DNA from: Acanthopagrus schlegelii
Lineage: Eukaryota
Length of the DNA: 64,000 bases
Direction: 5' to 3'
Assembly: GCA_041753875.1 (NCBI GenBank)
Contig: CM085480.1
Location: forward strand, 5,735,958-5,799,957
Shown here: positions 1 through 14,830 of the stretch, one piece after another
Numbering within the stretch: position 1 is the first letter of the stretch
Layout: each line of letters starts with the position of its first letter
Translations under genes and position numbers: made by a program
Notes under the pieces: model-generated
What the model was told of the DNA's origin: nothing
Seen by the model: only the letters and a program-made list of their open reading frames with translations
The model's database searches: none

Positions 1-550
1 AAGGGAAATGAAAACAAATGTACTAATATGAAGCAGCTGATACAAAGTCCAGCCAGTTTCAGATTAATTTGTCATTTTAAGAACATCTTTTGAGTGTGTT
101 GGCAGGTGGTCAAGTCTGAGGCAAACTGTTCTACAACATGGATATAAAGCATGCAAGTTCACTTATTACATTAAAAGACTGCCATATTAACAAAGAAGCA
201 TTCCAAATAGAAGCTGTGGCAATGTAAATCAATCTAACGGCTGAGAAATTACATCAGTGGCGTGACCAGAGGATGGTGCATGGTGAGAGCAGCATGAAAT
301 TAGATTTCATGGAGGCAGCGCCAGTGAAAGTGACCGACTTCAGTCAGAATATCTGGCAGAAAAATACGAGAAACATTCACCTTACAGGACATTTTTGGAG
401 GCTTCTGCGTCACGGGCTGTTAGTCATGAAAGGAAACAGGAATGTACAAAAGTGCTCATGTATTAAAGTTCAGTACTCAAAACTGACCTTAAGTACTGTG
501 GAAGAAAAGAAAGTATCCCCAGTATATTGTACTGTTAAAGCTTGTCACTG

Positions 551-575
551 GAAAGAAAGAAAGAAAGAAAGAAAA

Positions 576-627
<52 letters not shown>

Positions 628-628
628 A

Positions 629-701
<73 letters not shown>
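551..701. repeat. Compound microsatellite, (GAAA)n of about 20 units immediately followed by (GT)n of about 36 units
   Basis: Directly visible in the sequence. Confidence 0.95.
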
Positions 702-702
<1 letters not shown>

Positions 703-2619
703 ATACGAGTGTGTGTGCATGCATGCATGTGTGATCAGATTCTGCGCTGATCTGGCAGGCGGAGAGCTCAGGTTTCAGGTATTCATGTTCTGTCATGCTG
801 ACTGAAACTGGAAGGGAAATTTACTTTATTAATATAGCATGTCAGAGAGGCAGGGTTTCCATGGAGTCATAAAAAGGCTCAATTTTGAAAATCTCAATTT
901 TAAGCCTTGGGGGTTAAACATGCCAATATTTTGCATATAGGTCTTAAATTACATTTAGTTAGGTCTTAAATATGTACGTTCATTTACCACTTCCTTCATC
1001 ACCGTTTTTTGAAATGTGTTTGTGAGATTCACAGTTAGCTCCGTGTGTTATACTTCTTTCTGAAATATCCAGGAACCCAAGTGGCATTTTGCCAATTCAG
1101 GAAAATCTTCAACAGCGGAATCTGTTACAACTATGGGAAAGTGGGCATTTAACAAGTGTTGGCTTGAACAACCAGAATTCAGCTGGTTAAAAGCCGTACT
1201 TAATTATGAATTTGAAGCCCGGTTAATTTAGTAACAGAGAGTAACGACAGTTAGATGGTGGTTAGAGGTTGTTAACTAGCTTCGCTTGATAACTTGGCTA
1301 AAACGGACGTGATAAAGTTGTTGTTTATTGTCTTGCTGTCAGCTGTGTTCTGTTGTCATGTCCAGTTGCTCAACCATGTGGCACCTTGATAAGCAACAAA
1401 GGAGACTGCTCCTCTTGCTAGCAAACAAACGATGCACCCTTTCAAGTCGCCATTGTTGTTTTGGTATTTGCAAAGCTTCCCCTTTCCGGTTTTAAACTAT
1501 TTTGAGTGGTTGAAACAGCCTTCCCGTTTACCTTACATCCCCACCTATTGCTGTGGCATATGTATTGCACATATATTGCATCACTTGGTGGCGGATTTTA
1601 CGGTTGAGTGTGCGGATTTATTCTCGGTTATTTTTATTACACCACTCATGTGGACGCAGAATTTTATTGAACAAAACCTTGGTTGCAAAATAACCTGGTC
1701 TCGTGTGGACAGGGCCTAAATTAAATTAAATTCCCAGATAAAAATGTAAGTAAAACTACTTAATCACTTGTTAAACTAATTAAAAATAAACTGAAAAACT
1801 AAATTAGAATAAAAATTGATGAAATTTAAAAACTATAATAACCCGGACACACTCACTCACTCACTCCATTCTTCATTGCTTGAGCTGCCCTGTGAATGGC
1901 GATGAATTTGATTATTTTTAAAAGTAGATCTGGGACTGCATTTTTCCTTAATATTTCATACTTTGTGTAGATCTTGAATTTAGTTAAAAATGGTCTTAAA
2001 AAGGTCTTAGAATTTCTTAAATTTGACTCGTTCAACCCCTGGAGAGGAGAGGGGAAAGGAAGAGAGAGAACCAGAGTGAACTGGTGAGTGCTGAGTGTAG
2101 TGAGAGGCTCAACTGAAATCAACCCTCTCAGAGCTAAGGGCTAATGTGCAGTAAAACAACCGGCTCTTTGGGGCGAGTAAACACTCGTAACATGAGCGAG
2201 ATGAAAAGAAGACAAATGTTGCCATGGTCGAACTCGTGCTAGTAACAGGGAGCAAAAATGAGCTTCCTGGGTGGTAAATACACAACTTAACAGCCACCAT
2301 CGCTGATGAAAATCTGTCTGATGGAACTCAGGCACACTTTTATACAGACATGGTAACGTACTCAAGTACAAAGTGTTCAAGTCCCATTGAGTCTCATCCG
2401 CAGACTTCCTTCCTCACTCTCTGACTCCAAGTTATAACGACCTAATGAAACACACTGTTGCCATGAGTCAGCTTACGTATTTCACTGGTTTGAACATTAT
2501 TGGAAACACTTGAGTTAATGTAAGTACACAACTCATAACAAAACACATAAAACGAGTGGTTTTCAAACTAGAAATCTTCAATCTTCAAATCTTCAAATCA
2601 TACTACATTTTATATCTTC

Positions 2620-2830
2620 GGACTCTTCGTGACCTGACTCTACCCTGACGGTGCAGCTCCTCGGCAGTGCTGTTCTGTCTTCTGCAGAGTCAGACTGAAA
2701 ACTAAAGGGGACAGAGCTTTTGCTAGCAGAGGCCTGAGGCTGTGGAACGACATGCCTGAGGAAATAAGGCTGCCTGAGCCAGCGTCTTCTCTCATGTCTG
2801 TTATATAAACATACATTTACTGGAAAGCAT
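2620..2830 (+). repeat. Interspersed repeat fragment carrying the teleost-typical '...AFAVAAPRLWNDMPEEIRLP...' tail motif
   Basis: The sequence 'gagcttttgctagcagaggcctgaggctgtggaacgacatgcctgaggaaataaggctgcc' is characteristic of a high-copy fish interspersed element. I cannot assign the family. Confidence 0.4.
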
Positions 2831-5800
2831 ATGTTGATTTTATTTGAGCTCGCTTTTTATTTCATTGGTTTCTCATTTGTTATTCGAATTTTGTTATTTT
2901 TTCCTTTCATTTATCTTAACATTGATTTTATTACTTCATTTCATTATATTTTTCTCTATGTGAAGCACTTTGCCCTTTGTTTTCATAAGTGCTCAATAAA
3001 TAAATACAATGTCAATTGAAAAAAACTAATCAATTAGTTCAATAATTCCTCACTGAGGTTTCTGGGGGGGCGGCTTCCCAGCAGCCTCCATACTGTCAGC
3101 TCCACAAAATACACAGTCTGCTGTGTTTCATCCTCAACACAAGTTCTGTACCTCAAGGCAAGATTATCTGGCCATGCAGCTATTCAAGGTTCATTTAGGT
3201 TTCAACAACATGTAAGATGTAGTCGCTTCATGCTGCACACACACACAAAAAAAGGAGAGGTGTTGAGGATGAGTTCAGGAGCCCGACAGCCTGAGGAGAG
3301 ACGCTGCTCCATCGTCTGCTGGGGTAACTTCTGTATCTTTTGCTCACTTTTAATGGAGGTACATCACCACGATAACCCATTCTGCTGGGCCAACCTGCTC
3401 CAGGCCAGGTTAGCTTAACATGGTCTGAGCATAATTGCCAATAGCTCTACTACTTGCTGATCAGATCACTGGAATAACATTTGTACACGGGAGAGAAGAG
3501 TTTAAAATAAAGTGGCAAAGAATAAAGAGAAATGCATACTTTTATGTTGGTTGGATCGATTTGCTCTTTCAGACTGTTCATGTGTCACTCTGGTTTTAAA
3601 ACAGTGTCTTACAAAATGAGACGTTATCCCACTTAGTACATATTGATGATAACTGCTGCATTTTAACAGCACTAACTCGTTTTCCTTCTAGACAGGAAGT
3701 CTGACAGTGTCAGTGCTTACATAATGTTACTCCATCACTGCAGCTCTAAATAAGACATTTGGCAACTTTGTGATGATAATTGGAAATACAAAGTATGCTG
3801 TCTGTAGTCTTGTATTAGAAAAAGTAACACACACACTGTTAATGAGCTCCTGTGATTCTGAATCAAGCATTCGGATCAGATAGACCTCATCAGACATGAA
3901 CTACTTTTCTTGTCCCCTCTTCTCGTTTCTGCTTTGGCAGCAGAAATGCTCTTTTAACTTTAATGTTGGCATCACATATTCATAATTTATTCATCATCAA
4001 TCAAAAGAAAAGAACTTACCCTATATACATTTATATTAACTCCTGTACTAATTAAAACCTTAGTCTTACTATAAAGGTCCAATCTGTAGACAGTTGGTTA
4101 TTGAGTTTCACGCCCAGCTGGTCAGCTGCTGACGCTTTTGGTGGGTTGGTCAGGAGGGCCGCCAACCCAAAGCGTGACTATTTGACAAGATGGGAATGAG
4201 ACTCATTAATCAACGGTCTACAAATTGGTCCTACAGTATTTCCACAGCTTCATGCTCTATTTTAGTTAAGTTGATCTCTTGCCAACATTTCACCTTAAAT
4301 ACTTTTTACTGTCACTAGAAGAAGGAACAGTCAGAATGACACAGACACTGTCTGATTTCCTAGTGGTTCCCTGAAATGTAAATCATGTGCATGCAGGTGT
4401 TAGCAGCAGATGTTTGTGAACACAGTGTCTTCAACCAACTATTGAACAAGTAGCTTCAATATCCCCAGACTCCCTGAACAAATTGTGCTGTCTGTCAGGA
4501 GAAATGTATCAGTCTTTGCAAATGGCTACAGGAAATTTTAAATCATCCTTGCCTTCTTGTAAATTTGGAATAAATGCTACACATAAATGTTCTTTTCTTG
4601 TAAAAAGTGTCAGTTTGTTTTGGCACTGCTGTCTGTACCAGCCTGTCAGCTTACCACACTGATTCAACTTATTTCACCATTTACACTAAATCTATGGAAG
4701 AAAACGTTGTACTGCACGTGTCACATTTTACAAATGCTTTGAATAGTTGCTAATCCAGGGTATTTCTGCGTTGCATAGGGAGAATGTGTCCAGACTCCCT
4801 TTAAAAACCATTAAATTTAAGAATTGTTACAATCGGAAGAAGTTCTCTAAACTTTGTGAGATGCTGTCTACAACAAACTTTTAACTGCTTTGGCCTTGTT
4901 GTTCACTTGGAAAACATTATACATGAAGGTATTTCTCTCTTGATGTAGAATTCAATGTATCTGTTTGTTCAAGTGATGTACTCTATGTGTTTATTTAGAT
5001 ACAGAGCCACAAGATGAGCTCAGATTACAAGTGGTCACTAGAGATGCATGTTGAGATGCATGTTAATGCCAGGTGTGAACTGGAAGAATGAAGCCGTCTG
5101 CCTTCGATCAGATCTCTCAGGGCATATGTTAAACATCAGGTCGGAATTCCCTCTGTCTAATTTATGGTCGTAAGAAAAGTGTAAATACTTACTGTTGTTG
5201 ATATAATCTCCATGCTCCCTGTTAACTACAGATATCGACAGTCTGTAAATGAATTGGATGCCCATTGCCAGCATTTATGAAGTGAATTGCATTCACACCC
5301 ACAGGCTAAGCAAACGGTATCGAGTTCTGTTTATTATGTCAGGAGCCATTAATTTGCTGCCAGCTTTATATTGAATATGTTATCAGAAACCTGGCAAGCG
5401 AGTGAGAGCAAAGACAAAATGAGCCAATTTAATACTGTTTGGCAGAAGGAGCGAGATTTCACTGCCCGCTGGATTTTTGTCTGACTGGGAATCTCTCAAA
5501 TGCATTTGCTCGACCTCATTCTCCTGAGGTGTTTGCACCTGTACCTGCATTTTTATCTACATAGCCTCCATTACTGCTCCGTGATGCAGAACTGTAATTG
5601 GCGATAATTTTGTGTTTTCTGACAAGGATGCTCATTGTCTGTTAACATGCTCCGTTTCCAAGTCAAACACTTTTCATGTGTAAACAACAGCCATGATTTC
5701 AGCTTCGCAGTCACGTACGCATTCCTTCCATTTCCATCCCAGCTGAAGGTGGAGGAAGGTTAGTTAAATGCCAGCATTTCAATAAACACTTTCTTGAGTA

Positions 5801-8019
5801 ATCTGCAACATGCTGCTATTTCAGTCATTTGTGCCAAACATTTTTTTTGTGTTTCAGCGTGCTCCAAAGATTAACCGTCAGTCAAATAGCGAGGGAAGCG
5901 ACTCGAACATTTCTTTTCTCAGCTGAATGCTAACTACTCACTCCTGCTTTTTATTGCAGCTTCTTACTTATCTGAATGATTTCTTGCACGAAAGATTGCT
6001 GCCCGTCAGCCATTTGTTCTCAAAGAAATAGAGGGAGGCTGAAGACTCGTTGTGATTTTGTCTTGAATTGTTAATCACATTTTTCGAATGTGAGAACTTG
6101 AGAGTGTAAGCCACCCAGGGCTCACAGAGCAGCGAAGTTTCTAGGGGAGGTTAAAGGGTTAATGACGGACACAATAGGCAGCAAACATTTTAGGACAAAA
6201 TCAAAGATCAGTGCAAATCATTTTTTGTGTTAATTTGTAACAAGAGGTTAAGAACTCCTTTGTGTTCCTTTAAGATCAACTTTGCTCCTCGTGGTTATCA
6301 GCTCAGCCAGCTTCAGTCAGACAGATTGTGTCAAGACAGATTTCTCAGGGCAACAGGTGATCCGGGTTCAGCTCCCTGGGGTAACGAGATACCTTGCTCA
6401 CTGGGGACTTGCCATCTCCTTTGTAAAGGTGAATCCAAATTTAACGTCGAAGGATTTCCCAAAAACCTATCCTGTATGGAAACAAGGCTATTATTATATG
6501 GAGTCAAGAAATTCCAGAACCTCATGGCCATGATGAATAGCATATCAAAATCCTCAAAATACTACTGCAACAGACTGGTAATGAAATTAATGAGTGTTGT
6601 GTTTAACTGTACAACTTTTTTTATCCCCGTTTTACACCAACATTCATTAACCATGAATTATCATTGTCTTTAAATGTTTTACATATGAACTGAATAACTT
6701 TACATACAGTCCTCACAGTTTTTGTACTCAAGTCAATTATCATTACCGGTGCATAACAGCTGCAGCTTTAAACAATATGAAACTTGCAAAAGTACAACAG
6801 TGAATGGATGAACCATCAGAATTAATGGATTTAACTTCGACCCATATTTCACATTTTCTATCAGGTAATTAATGTAGAAATAAGCTGCTTAACTGGAGCT
6901 TTAATGCTGTCATACTGTTCTCAGTGGAGAAAATACCAGCTTTCTACCGCGCCCCGTGTAGGTGCAATGTATAAGAACCGGCCACCTGTTGAGTTCCTAC
7001 TCCAAACCAATTAAGTGCGGCACATCACCATCTGCCAACTGCTGCTAATTGTAGCTGTCATTAGGTAGTAAGCTCAGTTAGCCATGCAGCTAGTGGTAAA
7101 GACTGGGAGCTCAGGGGCCAGGGGGATGTTAGTTTTTACCTGGCTAGAGCTTTGGACTGTGATGGGCTATCTCTGCAACAATAGAAATCATTAAAGCATT
7201 ATTAATAGAAATAACATTAAGCCATATTCAAAGCATTATAAGCAAAAGCTGCAACACACACACACATGCAAACTCCTATATAATATATTTTAAGCATTGT
7301 CTGTAATTAATGCTTCTTCTTCCTGAAAAACACTAAACAAGTCATCTTTACAGTAGAGGCCTTAAACATGCAGCATGCATCTTCACTAAATGTTGACTGT
7401 GTAGCCTTCACAGCTTTCAAACGATTCTCTAGACAAAAATGTTTTCTAGGAACTAAACCAGAACGTTTTCCCTAAGAACTACACCTCTGCTTCCTGCATC
7501 TGTCAGCGACGGCTGTGGGCTCGCTTTGTTCCATATTTCCTCTTGATGGAGGCAACTGCAAAAAGACCTATCTCACATAGGTAGAATGTGTCAAAATACA
7601 TAGATTTTTTTAAAACGTTGCTTGTTATTGATACAGAACTGCGGCTTCAGAGTGACATCTTGCAGAGAAAACTAAGTTAGGAACACTGTGGTCTCTGCTC
7701 ATTACCCATCGCTGTACCGGTGGAGCCGAGGGCGAGACATGCCTCATCATATTTTCGTGTCCTTGTTTTGTTTTGTAGTAAATACGGTGCCTGCTTTACA
7801 TTTACCTGGGAGTGCTGTCATAAACATGTCCATGCTTTGCTTGTTGTGCAGAGCCATGTCTCATATAGCTCAAACACCAAAAATGAAGTACAAATCTCTT
7901 TTCCGAAATAGTTTCTCCCGTTCTTGTGTTAACAGAAAAAAAGAAAGAACACAGCTGGAGTAATGTTCATTCTAATAATGTTTAGAGTTGAACACAGTAT
8001 ATATTAATAATTTACAAGT

Positions 8020-8600
8020 ATTTTAAACATCAGTTGCAATTTTACAAAAAACTGTTGTTAAGGACATAACTAAAGTTTAATTAATTAAAAATCTGCTATT
8101 TATTAATCATGGTTATTTTTAAAGAGGACCTTAAGATCACAGCTGGTGCTAAAATGTTCCTCATAGTTCTTTTATTCATATGCATTTAGCTGGAAACAGG
8201 TAATATAAAAATGTCAAATACAAATGTGTGTTCCAAAATAGTATTTTTCCTCTTTGCTGTATTAAAAGAGAAATAAAAAAAAACAAATCAGTTGCAAATT
8301 TATAAACGCCAGTCCAAATTATGTTTATAGCTGAGCTACACAGAACTGTATGTATTTATTAGTATTAATAAGTATCATATACTTCAATTGTAGCTTTACA
8401 ATAAGCAGTTGCTTTATAAATGGTTTATAAAACATTTCATTGTTTGTTAACAGTCAAAAAAACCTAAACCCTAAATAACCCTAACCCCTAACTATAGTTT
8501 CAATTTACCATTTATTAATGATGGTTACATCAGGACTTTAACATCACAGTTGGTCCGCAAATGTTCCTTCATGTTTTATATTTTATTTTTATTTTTGTTA
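8020..8600. repeat. Local tandem duplication (two diverged copies of roughly 250-300 bp)
   Basis: The segment 'ttattaatcatggttatttttaaagaggaccttaagatcacagctggtgctaaaatgttcctcatagttctttt' (8100-8170) matches 'tttattaatgatggttacatcaggactttaacatcacagttggtccgcaaatgttccttcatgtttt' (8510-8578). The flanking 'agttgcaa(a)ttt(t)a(c/t)aaa' motifs are also repeated. Confidence 0.45.
8459..8489. repeat. Short interstitial telomere-like run (CCCTAA-like, degenerate, about 5 units)
   Basis: The sequence is 'aaacctaaaccctaaataaccctaacccctaac'. Confidence 0.5.
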
Positions 8601-11600
8601 GATTTTTTGTTTGAAAGAGAGGGGGGAAAAAGAACACGTACAAAACAACTGAGTGAAATAAATAACAGATAAAGGCTACACAAAAAGTCAAATGGAATGA
8701 AATAGGGAAGGGAGGTAATACAGACGTCCAAGGTGCCCACGTCAAAAGAATGGATGCACTGAGAATACGACGGGGTCCAGAGAGGTAGGTATATTTACAT
8801 ATGAGATTATAGGCTGCCATCTTTTGTAGAAGGAGGCAAATGAACCTCTTAAGAAATATTTAACCTTTCCTGACAACAGAAGATGTTAAATCGGTGTGTG
8901 GTAGGAGGCGGATTTGGGCTGCTCCACTGTAACAGAATACATCTGCAGGCTATGAGTGAGGCAAAGGCTCCCAGCTTCCCAATTACACCGCGAGAAAGGC
9001 CACACGTGAGGATGATAGAAGGTCATAGAAAATTGAGATCATACTGTGTGCCTTAGGGAGAGAAAGCCCCTTAACAAAGCCATACCTTTAATGGGAAAAG
9101 AAATCATGAATTTAGGCAAACTACCAATGGGGACATGATGTAAAAGTGTTTGACCGCAGTCAGGAGTGTCAAGCAAATTACACTGTAAGTCATTCAAACA
9201 GCTTGTGACAGCTGTGAGCTTTACTGAAAAGATCCATCTACTCTACAGATTAGGTAGAAATTGTGAAAAGAAGTCATTTTTCAAGTTATTCGGTGACTTT
9301 ATTCTTGATTCAATCCATGAATGAACCATTGACAGCGAAGCTGTTGCCATTTATAATTCCCAGTGATCTCTAAATCATGAAAATTCATTTAAAGAGGTCA
9401 AAGCTTCTGCAAAGTTTGGACTTGTGAAATATTCCGAGTTCTCCGTGGGATAGGGCTTGCTTGAAGTCGAGAACAAGGAGAAACTGACATCACAAAAAGC
9501 AGACCTCGGACTGGACTCGCACCACCGATAATATACATGTTAATCAGTGTGCAGACTCCACTGTGGCAAATGTAGATCATACTGCTCATACATAATATAT
9601 AGTCAAAATCAGACACTTACACAGACACTGTGCTCTTCTGCATGAGCCAAAGTGTGAGTATTGGAGAATCTGTAGGTATTGCTTTACGTCGCCTGCCTCG
9701 ACTGGACACTGCGTCTGTTTTCATCCGCCACTTGCGTTTGAAAATGGAAATGGCTGTCAACAGGGATTTAAAACTGAACCCGCAGCACTTGTTTCCAGCC
9801 GTCACACCGACCCCCCACTTCAAAACATAAAAGGTTTCCCTTTTAGTCCCGCCACCTCTCCTGTCTCTTTCTCTCTGAGAGCAGAGCAAGAACAAAAATA
9901 TTAATGCTGACTGTTATGATCATTGTACTGTGCAAAGCAATCTGCTGCAGGCCTAGAGAAAGCAGAAATAAACACGGAGCCTGTTTGTCTTTCTATATAC
10001 GTCTGTATGGAGTCTGGAGAAATCTGTTAGACGGGCCCTGGGGCAAACATTTGCTGCAGGAGGGAGGAGAGGGCGACATGTGGATACCCCATCTCCTCCC
10101 TAAATCGAGCCACGCTGTAGACTGCAGTCGGCAGCTCCACTACAGCCCACAGTCCCAGAGATCAAACAGTCCTCCTATGCTGGAGTAACAGTGATTAAAC
10201 ACAACTTATTGCGTTACTTCTGCATCATCTGAGCACAATATAAATGAATAAAGCTCTCGGAGCTTCTCTCTCTTCTTTCGCTGTGCCGGGCTCGGAACGT
10301 GGATAAAAGCCCTCAGCTAGCCAGCATGCTTACTCACAGTTAGTGCACACAGGTCAGCACCGTCACCAGTTGGTCAACAGTGCAGGTTCGGTGTCAGAGT
10401 TCACCAACATCGATCATAAAGAATTCACACGCAGCGACTTTGCGGTGACAACAATGGTGTAACCAGCCCTAATAATAAAAAAAAAGCTACCTCAGTGGAC
10501 ACGAGTGGTGCAAACTGCCTAAAAATTTCTCAATCAATCAGATCGCTAAAATGTGACTGCATGCAGGGACTTCTGAGATACCCATAACGCTAAAGTGCCA
10601 GGATAGTTCCCCACTTTGCACACTTAATAATCCCGCCTGTCTGTGTGGATTGGCCACGTGTAACGACTCCTGTTTCACTCACAAGCATATCTGGGCTTTT
10701 CATTACTACATTGTGCACTGGGCTTGAAGAGCTGCCGGAACACAGGTTAATGCATTCCCTTTGCAGGTGATGTACAAAGAACAACAGTGCTTGAATCCCT
10801 CCTGTTTAGACACTGACAGAGGACTGAAGCTGCTGCTGACGAGCTGCTGTCCCTACGTAGCCTGCATCACAAGGTGGCTGCACACTCATAAAATGTAACA
10901 AGAAGTACTTTGGAACAAATCAGACAGAAACTAAAAATAATATGTTCTTTATTGACGGTTAACAAACACAGATAAACCCTAATCATAAACCATCCACCTG
11001 AATCATGCTGTAATTAGAAACTGCCTTCCTCTACATAAAATACACAATACTTGGACACAATTAGACCCGATTGTACTCAAATCCTAGTATACTTTCACAC
11101 ACTATTAAACAAGACCATGCTATTAAAAATCAAGCATCAGATAAGATCCAGAATATATTAAAGCAGCACTATGTAGAAGTTGGTATTCTGTGTGATTTGC
11201 TGCCCTCCACAGTTCCTGAGTGCAACCACACTGTCGTAAATACAATTTGTCGGACGTTAAGTAAGTGCTAACTAGAAACATAACCCATTACTTCATAACA
11301 ATGTTATGCGTTGAAAACTAATTGCCGTGATCCCGCCCCTCTAACTGAAGTCACATAGTGATAGGACAAGACACCATTCACCTTGTGACAACACACTGCA
11401 CTATCAGAAGGATTTTAAGGTTTAAAAAAATGACATAATGTTGCTTTAACAAGACGCTACTTTAACCTTACTTCCAATTAATGCTGTAATGAGACACCAC
11501 ATTTTGAGGCACCAAAATGAATCTGCAATGGTTTAATTAGCCAACACAGGCTGTAATTAGACACATGTAATGCCATATTAATAATGGATAGACCAAACAC

Positions 11601-12479
11601 ACAGGGCTCAGATGAGGATGATGCATTCATCTGGGCTTTATTTAACATAGTTTCACTTTATAACAAGATAATTTATTGCTAATTACGATAAAACTGCACT
11701 GTAAAATAAAGTCAAAGAACATCAAAGTCTTTTGTATCCTGGATCCTCTCCAGTGGAGGTCGTTGGCAGCCGACTAATACTTGCTGATCTGCTCCCATGT
11801 AAGTTGCATAAGACATCAGATCAGACCATTTAATGTCACGTCAGGACAACAGAGACATTAGGGTACAGACACTACCAGGACATTGCAGTTTAGATGGTGA
11901 AATGCGGTGAATATGTAACATTACCTGCTAAACTTCAGCATGCTAGCCTTGTCACTGCAAGCACTCAGAACACTGCAGTGCCTTAGCACGTCTCACGTAT
12001 CGGCGCTACCATGGCTGCTAATGCTTTTTAGTATGCTAATATGAAACCCCATCATACCGAAACACTATTTGCAGCTAACACTTTTTTCTCTTGCTTTCAC
12101 TTAGCTAGATAAGCAATCGATGCTTTAATGCAAGCTGTGCAAATTTGATATTAAGTCAAATTATGACTTAGCTTGATGTAACTCAGTACATTTTTTGTTT
12201 ACTTTTTGTAATAGTTTTTTGTAAAAGTCCTTAAAGTGTGCTGGCGAAGATGGCGGGTATCTCGGTGCACACACACCGCATACATTGCTTCCTCATATTG
12301 CTCTCCCACTCGTATATATGTATGTGTCTTACATTGATATTTGGGCAGCCACCGTCATCAGCCACCCTGCAGGCCACCGCAGGCGTCATAGATTTTCAGT
12401 CGTGTGACATTAACCTCACACTGTTGCTAAAGGATCCCCCCACCACCACCACCACACACACACACACCCCACCTCCGCT

Positions 12480-12760
12480 CTCTCATCCAAGCTCAACTGA
12501 GCCACAAGAGGAGGAAGAGGAGATGGAGGAGGACGAATAGGAGTAAGCGAGAAAGAGAGAGAGGAGAAAGATGGAGGGAATCCATCCATCCAACCCAGCT
12601 GATGTGACACACTGTTCAATAAGAGGAATTGGAGGAGTGAATAACATCGGTGGAAGAGGGAAAGACTGCACACAGGTAGCAGTGGACACAGGATGAATAA
12701 AAGGAGGAGGCAGGGAAGAATGGAGAAGGGGGAAGAAAGGATTGATGAGGGAGGAGGAGC
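12480..12760. repeat. Purine-rich (GA/GGA-rich) low-complexity tract with embedded (GGAT)-like units
   Basis: The sequence 'gaggaagaggagatggaggaggacgaataggagtaagcgagaaagagagagaggagaaagatggagggaatccatccatcc...' is directly visible. Confidence 0.7.
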
Positions 12761-14689
12761 TTAAGATGTGTTACCTTTTCTGCATGAATGGAATCAATCA
12801 GGGGGACGACTGTGTGGTGTGTGAGGTGATGACTTCTATTCGGGGAAATTCTGACCATGTGTGGATCCCAAAAGGAGGAATGTGAGCGGGATAAAATCCT
12901 CACACTAACCGTGTCTGCTGTGTCTGTGGTCAGAGTGCCTTGCTCTCCACTGTAGGAACCAGAGCTCCTCCTCCTGGTGGTTTGGGGCACTGCAGGACAC
13001 TCTGACATGCAGGCACTATGTGAAATTCAGACCAGAGAACACCCATACGTCAATGTGGGCATGTTGCCATATATACAAGAGGAGAGTATCGAATCCATGA
13101 AGTCCAGCTGAGAGGTTTTGCAGACACAAAGACTTCTAGGATGTAGTGAACACGGCTGTGATATTCAGGTAAACAGAAGAATTAGCTCTCTTGTCAATCA
13201 ACCAAACTTTTTTTGTGTAGTATCTTTATATACACAGACACAAACACACACACATGCACAGACACACACGTATATATATAAAGTGTGCGAACTACTATTA
13301 TATACTACACATCATGTGTTCACTACATTTAAAGGTACAGTCATCCATCACATGGCCTGCCCACATCATAACACATCTGTAAGGATGTTCTGAGCGGGCA
13401 GAGCACAGGACTCCAGCAGGACACTGAGACGTGGATCATGTGTTTGTATTATTGATGCTTGGTGTTCAAGTGCAGTCAAAGTTGATGGACAGCGTTCAGC
13501 TGATGTTGAACTTTTCATTTGAAGATACCAAACAACATCATCTCCGCCCCCCCGCTGCTGCTGTTTACATTCCAGCACAAGTTCAGTAAATGCACCACAG
13601 AATTATTTCCCGAGTGCATATTTGTTTGTGCATTTATCAGGGACGATGCCCCGATGAGGTGTTGTTTATCAGTCATTTCTGTGTATGGACACCTGTAAGG
13701 GCATCATCCCACAAAATATAAAGTCTTTCGCAAGCACTAACTCTGTTTCCGTGGAAACACCTGAGAGTGTTACTAATAGCTGTAATAATCATTACAATCC
13801 CAGCAGGTTCTAAAGGAATGGAAATGATGCTTATGGTTGACAAACAGTGAATATAGTTTCAAGACAAGCTATGTAACCAGCCATGTCACTGTCCACAAAT
13901 CATTAAAAATGTTCACGAACAACCAAGCGGCCAGCTTCAGCCTGAAGTAGCGAGTCAAATAGTGAAGGAGATGTGGGAGGATCTCTTGATACAGTGTGCT
14001 CATAGGGACATGTAGCAGGCTGTTGTGGGGAGTAAACGCACACTGAGTCATCTTATCCACCTTTTTAAAATCAAACTGTGTTACAAAAGCCGTCCTGTGG
14101 TGATCAGAGGTTGATGCACAGAAGGATTGCGTTTTGCTTTGTGAATATAACATGATATTTATATTTTTTGGTTGTTTCATTTATTTCAAGTATCCAGGTG
14201 CCTGCAGTCAGCTGGCACCAGTGCCACTTATTTTAAATGCAAAGGATACAGTGCATTAATTCAGAACAGTGAACAGTTTCACAGCTTGAGGAGTTCCAGA
14301 GGTTTCCTCATATCAAAAGTAAATTGACACCCTCCAGCCAATCAGAACCGAGTATTCACCCAGACCATGGTAAAAAAAAAATTTACATATTAAAAAAAGT
14401 ACATATGTCGTTTGTGTATGTAACATAAATGAATGCAACGTTTTGTTGCATTATGACAAATAAATCACCTTGACATATTGTCTTTATGTGCTATTTTTAT
14501 CCTTTCCTAGTTTATTGTCTTGCTTGATCTTATTTGTTCTTTGTCCACCGCTCAGTTATTATTCACTTATTCAGTATCATACACACATACTTAAAATTAG
14601 CTTCCAGGGGCTTCAGAGAGTCTTGTAATGTCCATAAAATGTTCTAAAATAGAGCTAAGAGAGGAAGATTTAATGATTATCTGCTATCC

Positions 14690-14830
14690 TGCAGCACAGT
14701 TCACCCAAGTACTGTACTTAAGTACAATTTTGAGGTACTTCCATCTTCCTCTCCACTACATTTATTTGATGCCTTTAGTAAGTAGTGTCTTTGATATTCC
14801 ACTTATTCAGTGTTGATAAGTTACTCCTTG
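14690..14830. repeat. MITE-like repeat, copy 1 of 2 (tacttaagtacaattttgaggtacttcc...ccactacatttatttgat)
   Basis: A similar 'caattttgaggt.c.t...t.cctc...ccaca.atttatttcag' segment recurs at 26840-26950 in PARP4 intron 9. Confidence 0.35.

Noticed and set aside
273-805. ORFs of 153, 87, 83 and 79 aa with poly-ERKK / poly-CV / poly-HT
   Set aside because: They are translations of the (GAAA)n-(GT)n compound microsatellite.
6227-6673. 148-aa ORF (plus strand) in the upstream intergenic region
   Set aside because: No recognisable motif, no splice-site context, and an overlapping antisense ORF of similar size. Most likely chance.
12238-13008. ORFs of 100-130 aa rich in P, T, E, S
   Set aside because: They are low-complexity translations of a purine-rich tract. 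There are no splice-compatible flanks and no recognisable domain.
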